From Balanoglossus misakiensis (Eukaryota > Animalia > Hemichordata), in the NCBI GenBank assembly GCA_040954595.2, contig CM082585.2:11993863-12057862 (forward strand): a DNA stretch of 64,000 bases, written 5' to 3'. The notes under the pieces are model-generated. The model worked only from the letters and a program-made list of their open reading frames with translations, ran no database searches and was not told the DNA's origin. Positions 28,721-41,251 of the stretch are shown in pieces. The translations under genes were made by a program, and so were the position numbers. The stretch's first letter is position 1. Every line of letters starts with the position of its first letter.

Positions 28721-31213
28721 ATCATATCCTAAAATGTCTTGCAACTTAAACAGGAAGATCAGCTGAAAATGATCAGTATTAAACTGGCATAGATTGCTTG
28801 AGTCTCTTGACAAAGATTATGGATAGCTTTGTTCATAAAACATTTTTTTATCACATGAGTAGAGTGATGGTTAATCCTGATGTTAGTCAAACAGAATGGT
28901 TCATTGGTTGTGGAGGGACGTACTTGAGCCAAACTGAGGAATTCTAGTACCTTATCTCAAAAAAATGTATTGTACTATATGCCCTGAGTGAAGAAACCTT
29001 GTTGTTTCTGCTTATCCCTATTGCATCCTGATTACCAAAACATGTCAATGTTCATTATTAAATTCAATCTTTGCAACCGGAATTGAAGTTTAGTTTTATA
29101 TCAATAAATACATTGGTTGTTTGGGTTACATTGATAAATGTTCGTACCATGATTTTACTCATGTCCATTGTAATTCCTATAAAACGTAGCATTGTTGCAA
29201 ACTCCTGCATTAATTATCAAAGACACAGCATGTACTAAAAACCACAATACAATCACCTTTCTTTCGTTTTACTTGACAAAAATCGATTGGTCTTATGTGA
29301 GGAGATCGGCAATTAAGTTTGGTCAAGGGTATTTTATCTATTAGGTTATCATTTGACTTCACATATCAGTAAATTTATCTCATATGACCTGGCCATGACA
29401 TTTAAACTTCTGTACAAGTTGTGACTAGTTAATATTTGACACTTTATGGTTCCAACATCATATCAGACAAATCTAGAGGAAAAACGCTTTGCAAATATCG
29501 ATTTTGTCACTTGAAATTCCAATCAAAGTCACTGTTATCAGACAATTTTATATTGTTTAAAATGTAATAAAGAATTCATTGAGTTTGAGATTAGCTTTTT
29601 GTCTCATTTAAATAAAGATGATATAAATATATTTCAGAAGAACTGCTGATCAAGACATTTTGTTCTGGCACCCTACTGATCTGGGTTGACAATTTTAAAG
29701 TCTCATATTTTTCAAACCAAGTACGTGCCTGGTCAGTGGTGGGGATTGGTGATTTCATTAATCAATACAAGAAAACAACCACAACAGCACATGTCAAAAG
29801 AATTCTGTTTGTTTTAATTTCTTGTTTATATGTGGACATAATTAACTGTAGTTGTTGAGTACAAAGTCCTTTTAAAACACAGTTGCCATCAACATTTCTG
29901 CTGTTGGTGTTCCGGGATTTGGGATCTGTAACATGCAGCCTTTACGACGACCTGATATGTACCACAGGTGTTACAGAACCAACGTACGCTGGCAAACTCA
30001 GGTGAGGGAGGAAATTCTAAGAAAAATGGCAGTATACATGCGCATAGTACAGCATAATTAGTGTCCTGGAGGATAAAATATCCCTTGGTGAAACATTCCA
30101 GACAGAGAACTCCATACATTTCATAGTGTAACTTGTCATTCGTATCAAGTTGGACTTCAGAGATTCCGGCAAAAGATTTTCCAGAGATTCCGTCAAATTT
30201 TACGTCTGTGCTGTTAAAGCCAGACAGTGCAAGTTTTATGATAGAGGGTTTAAATAACTCAGGTGTATGGTGTGAATTTAATTAGTGATTGTGGAATCTG
30301 TCATGGTTGATAAATTCATTTCCTATAGAGATGGTTGGTGTAAATGATAATTTGTTGGGCACTTTGACGGCTGTCCAGGTCTTATCCTCAATTCCTATCG
30401 TCTTAAGTGGAATCTTCCAATAAGTATGTGAAGATAGTGGGATTATTCCATTGCACCACATGTGGGGGGATGTCATCTTTGAAAAACCATTAACTTGTGT
30501 ATGAGGAGACTACTAAAGACTCATGTATGAATTTCTTAAAATTAAACTCCAAAAGTTTGATGTATGCTAATGTCTGATAAAAACAATTTCTGAACTCCCA
30601 TCTGATATAAGCAGTCAAATTAATTATTTGGAAGAAAATATTTTGATAGCTGGTTCCACTCGGGTGATCTGTGTGATAGATTTATTGGGCAAGCTCTTGG
30701 AAACCCTTTCTAAGTCAATAGTTCCATTTGTGTCTGCCTCTGATGCTCTCATTATTTCAGTCAACTCATTAGATAGTCAAGTACAAGATGCGTCCATATC
30801 TCGCTAATTTCCTCGCGACATGGAATGCAGATGCGCAATCTTTTGCTGCGGTCTTCAGGTAGCCTGTGTAAATATTCATGTTTTTTTTGTCGTAATTTTC
30901 ATTTTCTTCCCTTGTGTGTGGAAACAGTGATTTGTTTTGATTTTCATAAATTTATGAAAGTTTTTTCTTGGCTTTTGGCTTCAGGAGCAAAGGAGAAGTT
31001 GTTACCTTTAGTATCTCTCATGTTTTAAATGATCCTCCAAATCTCCTCTACAACATTTCATCTGAACCTGCAGTCATTGTTGTACATCCAAATTGTATTT
31101 ATTGTTTGGCAACCCCCAGGGCCCACCCCAATCAATTTTCTACAATGTCCATAAAAAGTAGCTGACTGCCTGTATCCCCAAGTCAGTGTAATGTGTTCAT
31201 GCATAACTACATG

Positions 31214-31654
31214 TACAGTGCAGCTTAGGAATAGCTTTCCAACTGCACCAACACTGGGTCAGCTCTGTTTAAACACTGGGTCAACTCTGGGTTGGCACCC
31301 TATTGGCGCTCTAATTAGCACCTATTGGGCTTGTGTTTAACTGGGGTGTTCCAAAACAATAGGGTGCGCCAAGGTGCTAACACTGAACAATGCCAAGTGC
31401 CAGGGCCAACAGATTCACACCTTTGTAACACTTGGAACACACAGGCTAACACTGTGTGCCAAAACAATAGGGTGCGCCAAGGTTTAACACCTTTGTAGCA
31501 CATGCTAACACTGAACAATACCAAGTGCCAGGGCCAGCAGATTCACACCTTTGTAACACTTGGAACACACAGGCTAACACTGTGTTGGCTCATTATAAAC
31601 ACCGTGTCAGCAAGTTGTTAGCAAATTGGAAAGCTATTCCTAAGCTGCACTGTA
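31214..31654. mobile_element. Non-autonomous DNA transposon (MITE), Tc1/mariner-like, with TA target duplication
   Basis: Perfect 27-bp TIRs CAGTGCAGCTTAGGAATAGCTTTCCAA (31216-31242 and 31626-31652) flanked by TA on both sides; internal direct repeat of about 107 bp (31351-31457 and 31459-31585, the second with an insertion of about 20 nt); no ORF. Confidence 0.9.
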
Positions 31655-31919
31655 AGGTATTATAATGTAGACATGCCTCCTGAAGCGTAGTCTGTACACA
31701 GGTAAGTGCTATGATGTTAGATTTTAGAAAGAGCAACCAGGGATGTCAGTAGCACCATGTAATGCGCGACATACAGGTAAGTAGGGGAAACCATCTTTTA
31801 GATGTGTATGTGGGTTCAAGCTTAGCATCTCTCCTGTTTCAGATAATGAACACCCGGAATGAGACATCCCATCTGAGCCACACTTAACCTCTCGTATTTC
31901 TTCTCATCCCTTTTCCCAG

Positions 31920-32075
31920 TACCGGTATCAAGATGATGAGTTGCCGCCGCCCCCACCGGAACTCGTGCCGCAGGAGAACACACCGAGGCTGGTGCCGGTC
32001 ACAGGAAGCAGCTACGACAGAAACATAGAAAATGTGCAGTCGTACGTGCAACAGACCAGGGTGTCCCCACCAAGA
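31920..32075 (+). CDS. dlg1: dlg1 exon: YRYQDDELPPPPPELVPQENTPRLVPVTGSSYDRNIENVQSYVQQTRVSPPR (MAGUK N-terminal PEST region)
   Basis: ttttcccag acceptor, AGA|gtgagt donor, 156 nt, phase 0-0; matches the vertebrate KYRYQDED...IENVHGFV...ISP exon. Confidence 0.93.
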
Positions 32076-32100
32076 GTGAGTACATGTCTGATGATCACCC

Positions 32101-32192
32101 TTAACCCTTTCACCACCATGGTCCCGTCTAAATCCATTGTTTCCTATGGTACAGTAGGACCTATATCGAGGGAACTGGGGTGAAAGAGTTAA
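32101..32192. mobile_element. Tiny TTAA-flanked MITE (piggyBac-like ends), copy A
   Basis: TTAA-CCCTTTCACC ... GGTGAAAGAG-TTAA; its reverse complement aligns end to end with 63320-63412 at roughly 80% identity by eye. Confidence 0.8.
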
Positions 32193-33028
32193 AAGACCTC
32201 AACATTAGGCAAACAAAGTATCTGTGCATGGCATCAGCTCATAGATAATTTGCCACATTTATGAATATCACTCAGTGTTGCAGGATGCAGACGCACGTCT
32301 TACTGAAATTAAATATGTGACACATAGCAATGCATCTGTCCCGGCCCTTTTCAAACTTTATGTCAGATTTCCTGTTTTACCGTTTTTGAAGGAGCATGTA
32401 TTGTTCACAAGATGTGACATCATCTTGGTACTCGTCATTAATATTAGGAAGACCAAAAATTGCCACCAGAACAAGATTTTTATGAAATTTGAGCAAATTA
32501 CTGGTTAGCTGCGATCAGTCTGCATGGTTTCAGAAATCGTACTCCATTACTGTTCATCGACCTGTGTTCCCTCTGGGGATTAAAGCCTGTAATTACAGCA
32601 ATTTGCTGCATAGTGGAACACCCATAGAGGAAATGCCTACTCAGTGTCTGTGCTATGTATAGATCTCTAAAAGCCTGAGACGTTTCTGTCTACAGGGATG
32701 TCCTGCTTGTGAACTATCCCTGCGCTCCCTGTTTGAAATATCTGTCGCCCTATTTTGGTATCCAGCAATCTAAAACTGTTTGTCTCGTTCCAAAGTGCTG
32801 TTACTCCTTCAGAAGACTAATTGCTGTGTCAAGAATAGTTTCCACTGTGCGGTTGATACTGACCCCCGTTCCTTGACATTGGTTTCACCTCTGTGATAGA
32901 GCTGGACCACTTTGTTTGCAAATGGTGACCATATGTGCTTGAGAATTCTTCTTGCTTCTTAAAGTGTGATTTTTGGATAAATGCAATGTGGCTGTACATG
33001 TATGCTAGCATTTTGAATGTGTATTTAA

Positions 33029-33031
<3 letters not shown>

Positions 33032-33090
<59 letters not shown>

Positions 33091-33112
33091 TGTCTGTCTG
33101 TCTGTCTGTCTG
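33032..33112. repeat. (GT)n microsatellite followed by (CTGT)n
   Basis: About 29 perfect GT units, then CTGT units, read directly. Confidence 0.98.
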
Positions 33113-34509
33113 TGAGTGTCTGTCTACAATGAAGTTCCATCCAACCTATTAGCAGCATATGTGTTATTGTTGACCTGAAGGAGGTCACATGTCTTGTTTT
33201 GTTGCCCTCCCTTGGGGTAATATTGTGTAACGTTGGCCCTATCAAATATCAGACTGAGACATGCACATTATGAACTCGCCATTTTCCTCTCCACAACTAT
33301 ATATTTTTTTTACAAATACTGATAGTATGTTCAGTTAGCCCAGGTGTTCAACTCTCTTGCTAGATGTAACTAGGCAAAATTATGCTTCCTTTGCATCAGC
33401 AATCTCAGTTTCAAACTATTCATTATAACTTCCCATAATAATCTGCCATTATTAGCCTAGTAACTCAACGACCGATTTCCAGTAATGTTGGCTCATTATC
33501 TGTTGAATCTGAAGTATAGAATGACAGCAATTGGACTCAAAGCCTTGATGATGGCACAGTAAAACTGTCCATTCTTTGTAAAATTAGACTGACAGTCCAT
33601 TATAGTATCCTATAGAGGCAAAAAGGTCAAAAGATCATGTACTTCACCAGCAATAAATATATATAAAATGAAATATATGTATACTTTACAGAAAGCTTCC
33701 CAAAATAAATATTTATTTTTCCGAAAATAGAGAATGAATGCAAGGTTATGTAATGTTACATAGAACCAAGGAAATGTGTCAACAAGAAAAAACTTAGACC
33801 CAATGAAACTCTGGTCTAAACATTTTTCAACCTCGCACCTCTAGAATGAAATTATGACCAAATCACTTAACCTTATGACCACCGGTCCTGATGCAGTTTT
33901 GGCTTCTCAAGGGAACTGCGGAAGATTTAATTAACTTTTGTTCGTCGGCTGTCCTTGTCATGGTTAAAACATGCCCCCCCCCCCAAAAAAAAACCTCAAT
34001 TGTCAGGCCTTGCCCGACCAATCAGGGAAGGAAGGGGGGAAAAACCACAAGTATTTTAATTGTCCCTAACCCAGTCTGGGGGCATGGTGTTTGGCCTTCC
34101 TGTAAAATTTGGGTCTGATTATTGTGACGGGAAGATACGCTTAATTTGACAGCTGTGGGGTACCAGTAGCCTCATCTTTCTGATTTGCTGCCGTTTAAAG
34201 CTGTGCTGAAGGACACTGGTGGTATTTGCTCGTGTTGCCTCTGAACTCTGTGATCTGAAATTGTCAAATTATCAAGCCATGCAAGGTTTTAGTTACTTTG
34301 TAGCAATTTGAGATGTGATATGCCGTTTCTGGATGACCTCATCTCTTAAAAAAAGAGAGATAGGAGTCTTCAAATACATAATGACATTCCATTGCTTTAT
34401 TTACTTTCGTGTTTGTTGAAGTGTTTTCAGATTTAAATTTGATGTTCGAACTTTGAACTGACTATCTGGTAGACAGCCCCTCTCCCTCCCACAGTTTAAT
34501 TATTCAAAA

Positions 34510-35248
34510 TGTCTGCGTTCAATCGCGTTGTCGTCATTTTTGATTGGCTGTCTCAGCAATGTAGACTGGAAGTTACAAAGGGTGTAGGTTACAAATTGCC
34601 AGCACTCAATAGGAAGTGTTGAACTCATTTGAACCTCCAAGTCCAGTTAACTCTGGTGGTTTCCTGAAGAGAAGGGAAAACTCCAGCCTTGGAGTTTTCA
34701 TTCCTTGTCGGTGTCAGTTGGCATTTAAAGGAGAAGTTCCCGGATCTTAAAAGTCTTAATAGGGGGAGCAAGAAGGATGAGGGCAAAGGTTATAGGGTCG
34801 CGCCAGAGCTGAACTCTTTGATTTCCGCCACTGATATGCCGAGAGCGTATTGCTGCCCACAGTGAAGCAAAGTTTGTAAAGGAACACGGCTTCTGGTTAT
34901 GGATACTGTCGTCCTGTAAACATCTGTTTGGGAAGAGCGTTGAGGGACAACATTTAGGGAGACCACGGCTGCTTGGAATGCGTGAGATTCTGTGATCGAA
35001 TCTGGAGTTCTTCTACTCAGGCAGGACAGCCAGGCATTTTATTATCAGCCGCTGAAATCAGTCAACACTCACCTCATTTTATCAGGATATTCATCTCTGT
35101 CAGCCGCAGTGCTATAACCAGCCCACTCCCACTCGGGTATTTTGGTTGGCAGCCAACAATATCCCAGTGACTTTAGCAACCCAAATATGCCCAGCATTGA
35201 GGCTATCTAAGTGTGTGTGTGCGTGCCCCAAAAACATCAAATATAACC
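34510..35248 (+). promoter_or_regulatory. Candidate internal promoter/5'UTR 2
   Basis: Reverse CCAAT box (tgattggctg, 34541-34550) and GC-richer sequence preceding the candidate exon at 35249. Confidence 0.45.
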
Positions 35249-35323
35249 ATGTCTCAGTTCTTCAGCTGCTTCAAATCGACTAAAAAACCACCGAAAAAAT
35301 ACAAAAAAGAAGAAGAACCAGAG
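35249..35323 (+). CDS. dlg1: Candidate alternative first coding exon of dlg1 (25 aa, MSQFFSCFKSTKKPPKKYKKEEEPE)
   Basis: accATG Kozak context, 75 nt open, strong GAG|gtaggt donor, phase 0 and in frame with the 48551 exon; preceded by a GC/CpG-richer region. Confidence 0.62.
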
Positions 35324-38300
35324 GTAGGTGTTTTATTAGTGATCTTAAAATGGACTGCATTGCCTTTGCTTTGGAGTGGGACTTTGGCCTATTGTGTGTA
35401 GGCCGTCTGGTTCCTGTATGTGTGTGTTTGTTAACCCCAATGTACTGAAAAAGGACTGAAGCAAAGAGGCCGAAACAACAAGTTCTTCTGACAATGGGTT
35501 TTTGGTCTCCGGGGTCAAGAACCAACAGTAGTCAGGCCCCGCAGGCCTTTGTTGGCAATCAGTTGAGGCCACCACTGTGTTGTTTTGCCGTGAGTTTCTG
35601 GAGACCAGAACACTGTGGTGGTTGTCTGTCTTTTATGCCAGAGTCGTGATATAGCTTATGGCAGTCAGCCATTGCAGAATGAGAGAGTTGGAGGGTGTGA
35701 CGGCATTAATACTCAAAGAGTTGTGCTTGCAACAATAGACATACCAGACCTGCTGTTACTCAGCATTGCAAATATTTAGTCATTGAGCTCAGGCTGACAG
35801 TCACATACTATGCAGTCTGTAAACGACTCACCATTGCTTCTCTTCAATAAATTTATATATAGACATAATTGTAACAGGGTACACTGTAACTTGAATGACA
35901 TTAAAAAATTTATGTGTTTTTCTATAAATACACATGTATGCACATGTATCTATGTGCTGTTCAATTGTTGTATTGTTTTACTCATGGCTAGGCTCAGTTG
36001 TTTTTGAATTCACTGTTGTGAATTTATGACTGGTTATTCTGATGTAAATCCTGTGGGACTTTTTTCGGTGGGATGTGGGAATGCGGAAGGAAAACTTTTA
36101 TTTGTTTGCTGCCATTTTTGCATCAGACTTGGTGCCCATAAAAACACACTGGCTGTGCATTCTGTGACAGTGAATGATGATAGGGTGATGGAGGGAGCCA
36201 TCACAGGTCACTGAGCTGCAATGTGTTTAAGAGTTTGCTTCTTCTTGTCTCCACTACCATCATCAGAGCGTGCAGTCTCGCGAAGTAAATGTAGAGAACG
36301 AATTTAGCATTTCATGTAAATGCCAGTTGTGAAAGAGGGCAGGAAATGATAACTGAAAATAAAGCAATCTCAGTTCTGAAACAGATGGAAAACAGTAAAC
36401 GGAAAATGCTTTTGGTTGTGTGCAGGATGAAAAATGAAATGAGCCGTTGTTTCGACCAGGATTTGCATCATCGAGGAAATAATCTTTGGGGAAACACCTG
36501 ACTATCTGATCTCTTAGAATTGTCCAGTTTTCCTGAAGACAGCTGCAAATTATGATTTTTAAGCTGTTTTATATTTATAGTATTTTCGTGTGGCATAATT
36601 ATCCACTTTCATTGAGCTTGTAAAAAAAATTAATCCTTTAAACTAGGCTATCATTCCATTTATGGAATATACAATATAACAATATGTCACAAAGCATATT
36701 CGTACGGATTAATATTTTAGACTTATCAGTGGAATAAATGTTGATCAATCTATGATTTTGTCACATTCATCAAAATGTGCAAATTCATCTTTGCCTGATT
36801 AGATCTTGACTGTTTTGTTATTAGGTTTCAAGTCAGCAGTGTGAAAATTGTGATAAAAATTCACAAATATTTTGTCTTAATGTTATCAAAAATGTCAAAA
36901 TGTTTTGTGTCATTGTCGCCATGTTGACAGTGTGAAGGCTTATGAAATATTGTACCACAGTAGTGGAAAGAAGCATACCAAAAATGATTCTATATTAATG
37001 AAATTAGTGAATGATTGTGCAAGTATTGATGAATTATTGTCGTGCCATATATTTGATTATCAATGTTCTGCTCTAATTGATATGCAAAGTGATTTTGATT
37101 AAATTTTCAAATGGTTGACAGTGATATTCAGTGATGTGCAAGATACAAGATTAAGAAAAAAATATGGGATGAATGACATGTAAAGAAAATGCAGTTAAAA
37201 GATGGATAGAGCTGATCATATATCAGGTGTCATTTGTCGCGACTTTTAAAATATTTATAATTGGATATGAACGTCATAATTTTCTGTCAAGTTTCACAGG
37301 AAATCGCTATTATACTAATAAATTATGGTTTTGTATTCGAAAGAGGAAATTGCCTTCAATGTTTTCCCAGAAAAGTGTGAATATAAAATGTGGTTGATTA
37401 CATCAACTGCCAAAAAATGGTGGGATGTGTTTAGAATGTATAATTCATGATGAGAGAAAGTGGTTACACTGTCTGTTTGAGTTGTTAGTCAGATTGTAGT
37501 CCCTGAAGCTGTGACGAGGAGGCTTCAAATGTAAGAAGGCTAGTGATTGGTTGATAATCAGGCAGAGAGATCCATATGGAGGAATCTGATAATCAGCATG
37601 TAACGTGGGTAATCGCTACACTATCACCTTCATTGCACGGTGTTTTATTCGAGCAGGCAAATGCTAGCCACATACTGGGATTGAGGAATGCAGGTGTAGT
37701 GTGTGGTGGTTTGTACAGGAAGACCCAGGAAAAAGTAATTAAGTTGGACGGAATCTTAAGAAGTTAAAAGATTGTGTCTTTACAACAGATTTCAGAATGA
37801 AGAGTGTTTGTAGGTATATGCATGAGCTTTTTACCGACTATCCGGATGAGGTAGGTCTCCATCCTAATAAGCTTATTTAAGTATAACAGCATCGATAACC
37901 GAGGAGAAATTGAACAGTGATGAGAGCAGACTGCTGTGAGAAAAGCCACAACTTACAAAAGACGCTTTTACAAAATGTATTGATTGGGCAACCTTCCTTC
38001 ACCACACTTGGAAATACACAATATGACTTTCAGAAAGGGCACATTGTTTTTAAAATTGGGAAAAAAATGTTTGATTTGTATAAAATGCTGAGTGAGAAAA
38101 TGTGGCGTTTAATAGAAATGTGGTTTTGCAGAGTGACAGGTCTTCGTGCGTGTGTTACTCACCGACTGGCCATTCATCTTTGATGCTGCCACAATTGTTG
38201 TCATCGCATCAGTGAAACAGCTTTTCATAAAATATGCGTGTCTGTCAAATTTGTCTATCAATTCTTGAATGAAACATTGAAAGAGCACAAAATTGCAGCA

Positions 38301-38893
38301 CATTTTATTCAAAAATAGCTGCTAACACTGTCAAAATTGTTAAAAATGTGCGAATATTTGACTCAAAACATAGGCGGGAAAATGCTAGAGTGTGAGTACA
38401 TGTAGGAGGTCAGTTTGCAGAGGTGAGTCATCTAGCAAGTGATGACTTTACCCCTTAGCCTTGAAATTCACAACAGCAGCTTGAAGAGCGATTTAATTAG
38501 CATAACTTAATACACTGTGGATGAATCGCAATTGATGTGGAAAGTAAAGATATGATAACAATTATCAGTGACCGTCTGCCCATCTGTGTCTTGTGAACTG
38601 CAGAATATATGAGCTGGGGTTATTTAGGTCATTCTCATACTTGGGAAAATGACAGGGAATCCCTCGACTGTCTGCCAGAGTTTCCTTTCTTGTTCATCTC
38701 TTGAAACTGAAAGGTCAGGGCGTTGGATTAAACGTACCAAGACTACTGTTCCCAGATCAGTCTGTACAGACAGATTGATTTATGGGATCATGCCAACATG
38801 AAAGAAACAGTGTAAAACACACGAGAACATCAGTTTCGAAGAGAGGTTGTTCGTACATCTGTAAGGAACTCTTATTGAGGAATTTTGCAGAGG

Positions 38894-39119
38894 TTAAATC
38901 CTTTCAACCCCATAGTCACGTCAACTTGTTATCATCTTTCAAAAAAAATTACACAACTTTTTCCACATTTTATCTCAAATTTTGATCAAATTCTGCAGCT
39001 GATGGAAAAATATTACTACTTGGTCTAAAATTAAGGACAGATTCTGGGGGGAAATGGGTGAAAATGTTAAAATCTTGCACCACATTTTGACAGAGAAAAT
39101 GTGGCCTTCAAAGGGTTAA
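38894..39119. mobile_element. Possible decayed TTAA-type MITE
   Basis: Left end ttaaatcctttcaa and right end ttcaaagggttaa are imperfect inverted repeats with TTAA ends; no second copy in the window. Confidence 0.3.
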
Positions 39120-39718
39120 TTCTAAATCAGATGCCACCACTTTGGATTTCAAAAAGCTTATAAAAAGACTTTATAGTCTAATTCAGTATCTCCTTAGCAC
39201 CTGCAGATTGTACAGTACAGTTGGATGATCTTTGAAATCACAGAAGATGGTTTAGCAAAGTTTCTTTTCACGATGCAGGCAAAAAGAAATAATCATTTAT
39301 TAGGAATGGCAGCCATGTAATAATGCGACAAGAATCTGCAGACGGTGTCATTGACATTCATCTCTTGTCTCTCACATACTGAGAAAGAATCATTACAAAC
39401 GCAGCAGGAAATCGGCTGCTTTTAATTCTCCTGTATCTTGTGTCGTAATTTTAAGATCGCCAGCGGTGACAGGAATATTTGCAGTAATATAAGGGATCTA
39501 GGAATGTAGAATAATTATTGTACAAGAAGAGACAGTAGCTCAGTGGATAGGCATGATGATCATAATCATTATCGCAGCTAGGCAATAAATGATATGTGTA
39601 ATTAGATTATGTACATGAAGCTAATTATTACAATCAGCAATTCAAACATTTTCTTCTGCTGTGGTCAAAGTTGAATACTAATCACACAAGGGATATCTGG
39701 ATGGTTCAGTTCAGTCAG

Positions 39719-39830
39719 AGTTGGGGTTGGGGTAAGTGTGATGAGGGATAAGGAATAGGGTTAGGGTGGGTGAGGGTAAATGTGGTTAGGTTTAGGGTAA
39801 GTGTCTGGTGGGTATAGATGTACTGGGGGT
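39719..39830 (+). repeat. G-rich degenerate (TTAGGG/TGAGGG/TTGGGG)-like hexamer tract
   Basis: Multiple GGG runs with about 6-nt periodicity. Confidence 0.7.
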
Positions 39831-41150
39831 GTCTGTCCTAGAACTACCCAAAAGGGTTAATTTTGTTGAGATGTCTGATATGGTTAAAATTTGCCTGATG
39901 ACTGTACAAGTGGTGAGATAGTCCCTTCATTTGAAATTATAGCTCAATTTGAAATAGTGATGAGTAATTTCTCCTCACTGGCAACCCAGGGTTATCTGAT
40001 TAAACCACAAGAAAAATAAAGCTTGTAGTTGTACATCCAGAGGCGCAGATGTTTGTCTGGAAAAATGGACGACTGTCGGCTATCAAGGGGGTAGGTCTGG
40101 TAATCTGTTTCAGGGACAATTGAATGGGCAGTAGGGAAAACATGGTTTCATTCGTGTAAAAGGGGATTAAATGTCTCGAGATTGATAGCAGCCTTGTGAA
40201 AAATACTTCTGACTTGACTCTACATCTACACCTACACACACTTGTGTTTGACACGCATTAGGATCTCCTTGCTCATAAAATACACCAGTCTTATTGTACA
40301 ACGCTATCACCGACTTACAAATGTGTAATTTCTGCAAACACAGAATTGTTTGATTTTCTCTGGTCGCACAGACAAAGGCCTAGCATTTTACATGCAATCA
40401 CACTCGTGGGAATTAAATTCATGTGATTTCTTGAATTCTGTAATGGGAAATGTGACCCAGAGCTACATGCATGACCTTCGAATTGATGCAGTTACTGAAC
40501 CTCATCTTATCTCATTTCATTAGAAAAATGATTTGATCGGCATACATGTAGAAGTCCATTCATCACGTTGATATGTGTGCCACAGCAGTCGGTGGTGTAC
40601 ATTCCCAGCAAATATCGAGAGAGCGAATTCTTACCAATCATGCAGTATTGAAGTCAAGAGGTTCTTTTGAAGTCAGAAGGAGTCTTGAAATGAGGAAGTC
40701 TGATGGATAGAGATTTGTCAAGTAGAGTAGTTGGGTATTACAGATAGAGGAACATGACAAGAAGTGTCACAGATTTTGTGATACTACCCAGTCCATACTT
40801 TGTGTCAAAGGAGAATTTGTTATGAGATTAAAACTCGCACCAGAAAATAATTGGCAAAAAGGGCAAGTAGGGTGATGTTATGCACACGAGATTCTGAAGA
40901 AAATAATTCAGTGATTACCGTGAGTCATTGCAGACTAAAATGCGAGCTATTTACTTCTGTTTGTGTCATGAATCATTCATTAAACTTGATTCACAACTAA
41001 AAATAAGCACATCCATTATTCATATTCTTGATTTTAATTGAATCAGAGTTCAGAGTTAACTGCAGTTGCCAATAACGTCAGTGCATTTCAAACAGGTAAT
41101 TGTAAATACAGTATTGGCGAGCTGAGTGCAATCATGGCATTTCAATGTGG

Positions 41151-41251
41151 TCCGTCCGTCCATCCAGTCATCCATCCATCCCTCCCCACGTCCCTCCCTC
41201 CATCCATCCATCCATTCGTTCGTTCGTTCGTTCGTTCATTCATTCATTCAT
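41151..41251. repeat. Compound tetranucleotide microsatellite (CCGT/CCAT/CCCT/CGTT/CATT)
   Basis: Read directly. Confidence 0.9.

Noticed and set aside
31351-31585. CRISPR-like or satellite reading of the direct repeats
   Set aside because: Only two long units without unique spacers, inside a MITE, in eukaryotic DNA with no cas genes.
31843-31887. Alternative acceptor (ctcctgtttcag) upstream of the YRYQD exon
   Set aside because: All three frames hit stops before 31920.
32829-33245. 138-aa minus-strand ORF with a THTH repeat
   Set aside because: Artefact of the (GT)n microsatellite.
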